64,000 nucleotides of DNA from Chthonomonadales bacterium (GTDB lineage Bacteria > Armatimonadota > Chthonomonadetes > Chthonomonadales > CAJBBX01): NCBI GenBank assembly GCA_037443035.1, contig JBBIPC010000009.1, positions 1-64,000 of the forward strand. The letters are read 5' to 3'. A program made the position numbers and the translations under genes. Positions 58,683-64,000 of the stretch are shown one piece after another (the stretch's first letter is position 1; each line of letters starts with the position of its first letter). The notes beneath the pieces are model-generated. The model had not been told where the DNA came from. It was given only the letters and a program-made list of their open reading frames with translations, and did not search any database.

Positions 58683-60506
58683 TCAGTCTCCCTCCAGCGG
58701 CGGTGGTTCTACGGCCGGCAGCCTGGCCTCGACGTAGGCCCGAATGCCCTCTGCGATAGCCCTTGCCACCATATCCTGAAAGTCCGGGCGGACTAGCTTA
58801 GCCCTGTCACGTGCGTTGCTGATGTACGCCACTTCCACCAGGACCGCGGGCATCTCGGCTCGGCGGAGGACTGCCATGCCGGTGACGAATCTCTCCATGT
58901 CCGAGCGCGCACCCCGGTTGGGCAAGCCACCTGCCATGGAGACCGTCTGGGCCAGCACATACGCCAGCGCACGGCTGTTTTCATCCGAGCCATGATAGTA
59001 GACCGTAGTGCCCGATGCATTGGGATTGCCTGGGGCGTCATCCACATGAATACTCACGAAGAGGTCCGCCAGGTTGTTGTTAGCGAGTTCTGGTCGCGCA
59101 GCCAGGCTAACAGCACTGTCGTCTGTCCGCGTCATGATGACGTTGATGCCCATGGCGCGGAGGCGATCGTAGACCTTGCGAGCCATGCTCAGAGTGAGCG
59201 CCTTCTCGTAAACGCGCCGGCCTTCGTGCATCGCAGAACAACCGGTCGCGGCAGGACCGCCGTGTCCAGGATCGATGACGACCGTCATCTCTTCGAGGCG
59301 CCGGCCTGCCAAGCGCGGAAGGCGGAGCGCGATCTCGAACCCGTCCGGCATGTCGGGTCGAACACGGTAGGTCACCAGACGCGACAGCTTCACCAAGAGT
59401 CTGGTGAGGCCAGGCGCCGCTTCGCTGATCGCTCGCACACCGACGACGAGGGGATGGCCGAAAGCCCATTCGGTCGTCATAGTCTCCAACACCGCGTTGG
59501 GAATATCCACCACCAACATCGGTTCGCCCTTGGCCATGGCGACACGCGGGGCGATCGAGCTGTCCGCAAGGACGCGGAGGCGCGCCTGGTCCGGGTCTAC
59601 AGCTTCGCAGACGATGTCTCGAATGTGCGTTGAAGGCGCTCCCGTGGACCGCGTCGTGGTACCCCGTGATGCTATCCCGCGATCCCGTTCGCCCGTCCGC
59701 ACCGGAGGTTGTTGCGCTGCTGGGCGCGATGGCGCGCCTTCGACAGGGTCTGGCGTCTGGACCGCTCCAGTAGCACCAGCTTCGATCTCCGTCTTGCCTT
59801 TCGCATCGGGACTACGCTCCGCAGATTCACTCCGGCTCGCCGCGCGCTCGGGAGCTTCGCCGGTCTTCTCGGGTCTGGTCAGCTCGGTGGCCGCTGCTTT
59901 CGGTCCCGATGCTTTCCTCGCACCGCCCGGTCTCCTGCCAGAATCCGGTTCGGAGCTCCTCGCTTCCCGTTTCGCGCCAGCCGGCTTGGCGTTGCCGTCT
60001 GCACGTTGTGGAGGCGCTGCTTGGCTTCGAGTCTCCGACGATGTGGGTTTCGTACTGCCTTCGGACTTCGGCGGAGACGGCAAGGGTAGTCGTTCCGTAC
60101 GAAGATCGCAAATGTCCCCTCGTACGGTGTACGTCACATCCAGCATGCCGGCCACATCGTCTAGCGCAACCATGAGGACGCCGCCAAGGCGGGTGAGTGC
60201 CACCTCCCGCACAGCGCCGCTGGCGCCCCGCACCTCGCCGGAGTCTTGTTTGGGGCTGACGGCAACACTACCTTTCAGGGCACGCACAACATCGAGAGGT
60301 ACGAAGAGTTCCTTCCCGTCGTATCGGCCGACGGGATTGCCGGCAAGCGGCTTGCCGTCTAGCTGGATCCGGACAGTCGCCAACTCGCGGCACCATCCGT
60401 TGGTGACACCCAGCACCAGTAGGAAACTGACCGAGAGCCACCCGTGTCTGCGAAACGGTCCACCCATGTCCATCGCTCCAGCGTGCGTCCTACTGACCCG
60501 CGCCAC
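58683..60506 (-). CDS. N-acetylmuramoyl-L-alanine amidase (Amidase_3) with AMIN-like domain and long low-complexity linker
   Basis: IDPGHGG, EK, TR, SIH and PAVLVEV motifs; start uncertain (60506, 60473 or 60467). Confidence 0.9.
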   Translation of the reverse strand: MARVSRTHAGAMDMGGPFRRHGWLSVSFLLVLGVTNGWCRELATVRIQLDGKPLAGNPVGRYDGKELFVPLDVVRALKGSVAVSPKQDSGEVRGASGAVREVALTRLGGVLMVALDDVAGMLDVTYTVRGDICDLRTERLPLPSPPKSEGSTKPTSSETRSQAAPPQRADGNAKPAGAKREARSSEPDSGRRPGGARKASGPKAAATELTRPEKTGEAPERAASRSESAERSPDAKGKTEIEAGATGAVQTPDPVEGAPSRPAAQQPPVRTGERDRGIASRGTTTRSTGAPSTHIRDIVCEAVDPDQARLRVLADSSIAPRVAMAKGEPMLVVDIPNAVLETMTTEWAFGHPLVVGVRAISEAAPGLTRLLVKLSRLVTYRVRPDMPDGFEIALRLPRLAGRRLEEMTVVIDPGHGGPAATGCSAMHEGRRVYEKALTLSMARKVYDRLRAMGINVIMTRTDDSAVSLAARPELANNNLADLFVSIHVDDAPGNPNASGTTVYYHGSDENSRALAYVLAQTVSMAGGLPNRGARSDMERFVTGMAVLRRAEMPAVLVEVAYISNARDRAKLVRPDFQDMVARAIAEGIRAYVEARLPAVEPPPLEGD

Positions 60507-60523
60507 GCTCGAAAGTGGACACT

Positions 60524-60551
60524 AGAATACCACTTTTCTTCTGCATGTCAA
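60524..60551 (-). promoter_or_regulatory. Sigma70-type promoter for amidase-gerMN-murI
   Basis: TTGACA-16 nt-TATTCT with a TG extension on the minus strand. Confidence 0.65.
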
Positions 60552-60603
60552 CACTCGGAGACGTAGACGCAAGATTCGCGATGGCTTCTCCACATGGCGA
60601 TCG

Positions 60604-61545
60604 CTAGGCCCCCGCACTCCGCAGCCACGCAATCGTACGGGTCAGTCCTTCTTCCAAAGGCACACTCGCCCGGAATCCGAGCAGTTGTTCGGCAAGCCGC
60701 ACTGATGCCACCGAATGCCGAATGTCGCCTGGCCGCGGGTCGGCATGCACTGCGTCGAGCCTGTGTCCGACAAGACCTTGTATCACTCGATGCAACTCCT
60801 CCACGGAGATGCCGGCCCCAGACGCCACGTTCAGCGCATGCCCTACCGCGCCAGGTGCGTCGGCCGCGAGAAGGTTGGCTCGCGCGACTTCTTCCACGAA
60901 CAGGAAGTCCCTCGTTTGCTGCCCGTCGCCGTAGATGATGGCCCTCTTGCCGGATAGCATCGCCTGGATGAACTTCGGGATAACGGCGGCATATTCGCTG
61001 GCTGGATTCTGGCGGGGACCATAGACGTTGAAGTACCGGAGGGACACCGTCTCCAGGCCATACAGCTCGGCGAAAAGGCGGCACACGTGCTCGCCGTAGA
61101 GCTTCTCCAGGCCGTAGGGAGATCCAGGTCTGGTCGGGGCGCTCTCTGTCAGGGGCAGTTCCTGGGGCTCTCCGTAGACCGCAGCAGAAGACGAGAAAAC
61201 CACGCGCCGAACACCCGTGTCGCGAGCGGCCAGCAGCACATTCAGCGTACCACCGATATTGATGGCGTCGGCGGTCTGCGGATCGGCAACGGAGCCTGGC
61301 ACCGAGATGAACGCAGCGAGATGAAAGACGGTATCGACTCCTTCGAACACACTGCCTACACTCTCCATATCACGGACATCCGCACGGTGCAGCGTTACAT
61401 CGCCCTTCAGATGTGCCAGGTTCGCCTCGCTGCCCGTAGATAGATTGTCCAACACCCGGACGCGAAACCCCTTGGCGAGAGCGTGTTCGACCACATGCGA
61501 GCCGATGAAGCCGGCCCCGCCGGTAACCAGGACTGTCCGTGTCAT
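60604..61545 (-). CDS. NDP-sugar 4-epimerase (extended SDR)
   Basis: TGGAGFIG, SSAAVYG, YGLEK and RYFNVYGPRQ motifs. Confidence 0.92.
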   Translation of the reverse strand: MTRTVLVTGGAGFIGSHVVEHALAKGFRVRVLDNLSTGSEANLAHLKGDVTLHRADVRDMESVGSVFEGVDTVFHLAAFISVPGSVADPQTADAINIGGTLNVLLAARDTGVRRVVFSSSAAVYGEPQELPLTESAPTRPGSPYGLEKLYGEHVCRLFAELYGLETVSLRYFNVYGPRQNPASEYAAVIPKFIQAMLSGKRAIIYGDGQQTRDFLFVEEVARANLLAADAPGAVGHALNVASGAGISVEELHRVIQGLVGHRLDAVHADPRPGDIRHSVASVRLAEQLLGFRASVPLEEGLTRTIAWLRSAGA

Positions 61546-61664
61546 ACGATTCACTGCCTCCGATGCTGTATCGAGGGGAGCATACCCCGCACCTGCCGCC
61601 GCACTCATGCTGTACATCTGGGAGCTGGCCCGGTCAGTCACGCGGCGGATGTACAATGTGTAAC

Positions 61665-62648
61665 ATGGAAGATTTCATAGCCACCGAAGAGGATCGTGGT
61701 GTGCGAAGCGACGTATTCGTGGCAAGGCGTCTCCAGCTATCGCGCAGCCAAGCTGCCCGCCTCTTCGCCCTTGGCCATGTGCTGGTCAATGGCGCGGTGA
61801 GCAAGCCTGGTCGCGTGCTCCAGCCAGGGGATGAGGTGCACGTAAGAGCGGAACCACCGGAGCCGCCTTCTCTTCAGCCCGAACCGATGGATCTGGAGGT
61901 GCTCTACGAAGACGAGCATCTACTGGTGATCAATAAGCCGCGCGGGCTGGTTGTGCATCCTGCGGCCGGCCACTATCATGGAACGCTGGTCCATGCGTTG
62001 CTGGCGCGGGTGCCCGCGTTGTCCAGCATCGGCGCTCCAGATCGACCAGGTATCGTGCACCGGCTGGACATGGATACCTCCGGCCTCATGGTCGTCGCCA
62101 AGAGCGACAAGGCGCACCGATCGTTGCAGGCACAGATCCAAGCCAGGAAGGCTCGGCGGGAATACGTGGCTATCGTGTGGGGCTGTCCCGCTTTCGAAAC
62201 CGCAACGATTGACGCCGCCATCGGCCGGCATCCATCGGACAGAAAGAAGATGGCAGTGCTGCCAGCCGGTGCACCTGGCGCCAAGCCGGCGGTGACAGAA
62301 CTGGCGGTTCTGGAGCGCCTGCCCCCGATGAGCGTGGTGGAGGCATCCCTCCGTACCGGCCGTACTCACCAGATTCGCGTTCACTGCGCCTACGCGGGCC
62401 ATCCGGTCGCAGGCGATCCGCTGTACGGTGAGCATGGTCGTCCTTCTGGGCACGGCGTGCTTACACGGGCGGCAGAAGATGCCCTGAGCGCGTTGCGTGG
62501 CCAGGCTCTCCACGCTCGGCACCTTTCCTTCGGACATCCGGTGGATGGACGCCTCATGACCTTCGAAGCGCGGCTTCCTGACGACATGCAGCGGCTTCTT
62601 GACGCTCTGCGCAAGCTTGCCAACGGCAGGAAGAGAAGCGCCATCTGA
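61665..62648 (+). CDS. rluD: RluA/RluD pseudouridine synthase with S4 domain
   Basis: NKP.GLVVHP, RPGIVHRLD.DTSG, TGRTHQIRVH and GD.LYG motifs. Confidence 0.9.
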   Translation: MEDFIATEEDRGVRSDVFVARRLQLSRSQAARLFALGHVLVNGAVSKPGRVLQPGDEVHVRAEPPEPPSLQPEPMDLEVLYEDEHLLVINKPRGLVVHPAAGHYHGTLVHALLARVPALSSIGAPDRPGIVHRLDMDTSGLMVVAKSDKAHRSLQAQIQARKARREYVAIVWGCPAFETATIDAAIGRHPSDRKKMAVLPAGAPGAKPAVTELAVLERLPPMSVVEASLRTGRTHQIRVHCAYAGHPVAGDPLYGEHGRPSGHGVLTRAAEDALSALRGQALHARHLSFGHPVDGRLMTFEARLPDDMQRLLDALRKLANGRKRSAI

Positions 62649-62690
62649 CGAACACCACCTCAGACAATACGTGGCGAAGGAGGATAGCCA

Positions 62691-64000
62691 GTGAAGGCAC
62701 TAATCTTCTTTGTTGCAGCCGCGGCGCTTAGCGTAGGCGCGCAAGGTGCGGTGACGCTGGCTTCGCGCGGCACCGCACGTGCGATCATCGTGCTGCAACA
62801 AGGCGCTACCCCAACGGAGACGCTGGCTGCTCGCGAACTGCAGCAGTGCCTGCAGGCCATGACGGGTGCGCAGTTCGAGATACGCGACACCGTGGCCGAT
62901 ACTACGCCCTGCGTCATCGTCGGCCCGGGACCCGTGGCGGAACGCCTGTTCCCAGACGTGCCATGGAGCCAGTTGGGCGGAGAAGAGATCGTCATTCAAG
63001 CGTCCAACAACCGTCTGCTGTTGGCAGGCGGACGCCCCAGAGGCACGCTCTACGCCGTGTTCCGGTTCCTTCAGGACAAGCTTGGCGTTCGCTGGTGGAC
63101 ACCTTGGGCCTCCCGCATCCCCAAGCGGTCCACTCTCACGATACCGGACATGTCCATTCGCCAGACGCCTGCCTTCGAGGCAAGGGATCCGTTCTGGTAC
63201 CCGGCATTCGACGGCATGTGGGCCATCCGCAATGGATCCAACAGCCAGCACGCCCGTATCACTCCAGATATGGGTGGCAAGATCATCTACAAGGGCTTCG
63301 TCCACACTTTCTTCCCGCTCGTACCTCCGGATCGCTACTTCGAGGAGCATCCCGAATGGTACAGCCTCATCAAGGGCCAACGTCGGTACGAAGGTGCCCA
63401 GCTTTGCACCACGAACCCTGAGCTGCGTGAGTTTCTAGTGAAGCGTGTGCGAGAGTGGCTCAAGGAATCGCCCGAGGCGAGTATCGTGTCCATCTCCCAG
63501 AACGACTGGCACGGTCCCTGCGAGTGCCCTAACTGCAAGGCCATAGACGACAGGGAAGGCAGTCACTCGGGCACGATGGTGGAGCTGCTGAACTACATCG
63601 CGTCGCGGCTCGGCCCCGAGTTTCCCAACGTAGCGTTCGACACCTTGGCATACCAGTACACGCGGAAAGCTCCGAAGAACGTGCGCCCTCTGCCGAACGT
63701 CATCATCCGGCTCTGCTCCATCGAGTGCAACTTCGCCGCACCGTTGACGGACCCCAGCAACAAGGCCTTCGCCCAGGACATCGAGGACTGGAACCGACTC
63801 TGCAACCGCCTCTACGTGTGGGATTACACTACCAACTTCGCCCACTATGTCATGCCTCACCCGAACTACTACTCGCTCGGACCTAACGTGCGGTTTTTCC
63901 ATGAGCATGGTGTGAAGGGCCTGTTCGAGCAAGGTGCCTACCAGTCTTTCGGATCGGAGATGTCCGAGCTGCGTGCGTGGGTCCTGGCCCAGTTGTTGTG
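62691..64000 (+). CDS. Exported DUF4838-domain protein (partial; runs off the window end)
   Basis: Not in the ORF track because it has no stop in the window. GTG start after AGGAGG; signal peptide; GTLYAV..LGVRW, HPEWY, QLCTTNP, SQND..CEC..C, TLAY and YVWDY motifs. Confidence 0.85.
   Translation, partial: MKALIFFVAAAALSVGAQGAVTLASRGTARAIIVLQQGATPTETLAARELQQCLQAMTGAQFEIRDTVADTTPCVIVGPGPVAERLFPDVPWSQLGGEEIVIQASNNRLLLAGGRPRGTLYAVFRFLQDKLGVRWWTPWASRIPKRSTLTIPDMSIRQTPAFEARDPFWYPAFDGMWAIRNGSNSQHARITPDMGGKIIYKGFVHTFFPLVPPDRYFEEHPEWYSLIKGQRRYEGAQLCTTNPELREFLVKRVREWLKESPEASIVSISQNDWHGPCECPNCKAIDDREGSHSGTMVELLNYIASRLGPEFPNVAFDTLAYQYTRKAPKNVRPLPNVIIRLCSIECNFAAPLTDPSNKAFAQDIEDWNRLCNRLYVWDYTTNFAHYVMPHPNYYSLGPNVRFFHEHGVKGLFEQGAYQSFGSEMSELRAWVLAQLL

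Overview
GC-rich bacterial chromosomal segment with no prophage, CRISPR array, rRNA or recognisable transposase/integrase. DUF1559-like, DUF1080 and DUF4838 genes, many Gfo/Idh/MocA genes and the futalosine pathway suggest an Armatimonadota-like organism (inference only). From left to right the window holds: (1) a REP-like palindrome cluster; (2) a secreted RCC1 beta-propeller plus three Ig-like domains, with blade 5 locally scrambled by two in-frame stops; (3) an orphan GlmL/MutL-like ASKHA ATPase and a likely partner gene flanking a sialate O-acetylesterase and a pilin-like gene; (4) a complete group 3d bidirectional [NiFe]-hydrogenase operon, hoxEFUYHW-hypAB-maeB-hypFCDE, with a malic enzyme embedded in it; (5) a DUF1080/Gfo sugar-catabolism cluster; (6) mqnD, mqnC, mqnE, pfkA, hpf, ispDF, PIN/TRAM and gyrB; (7) a GHMP kinase divergent from a degenerate Gfo protein; (8) a mixed hisD-hisB-reductase-hisH-hisA / tandem small membrane paralogs / sucD / mdh / IMPase run; (9) dapL, hflX, a PrsA-like PPIase, a CDF transporter, rsmG, tRNA-Pro and pth; (10) a GT2/methyltransferase/phosphoesterase set, amidase-gerMN-murI, an epimerase, rluD and a truncated DUF4838 gene. 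The best candidates for undescribed biology are the mutase-less GlmL module, the malic enzyme/hydrogenase coupling and the scrambled RCC1 blade. All functional calls come from motif recognition by eye; no searches were run.
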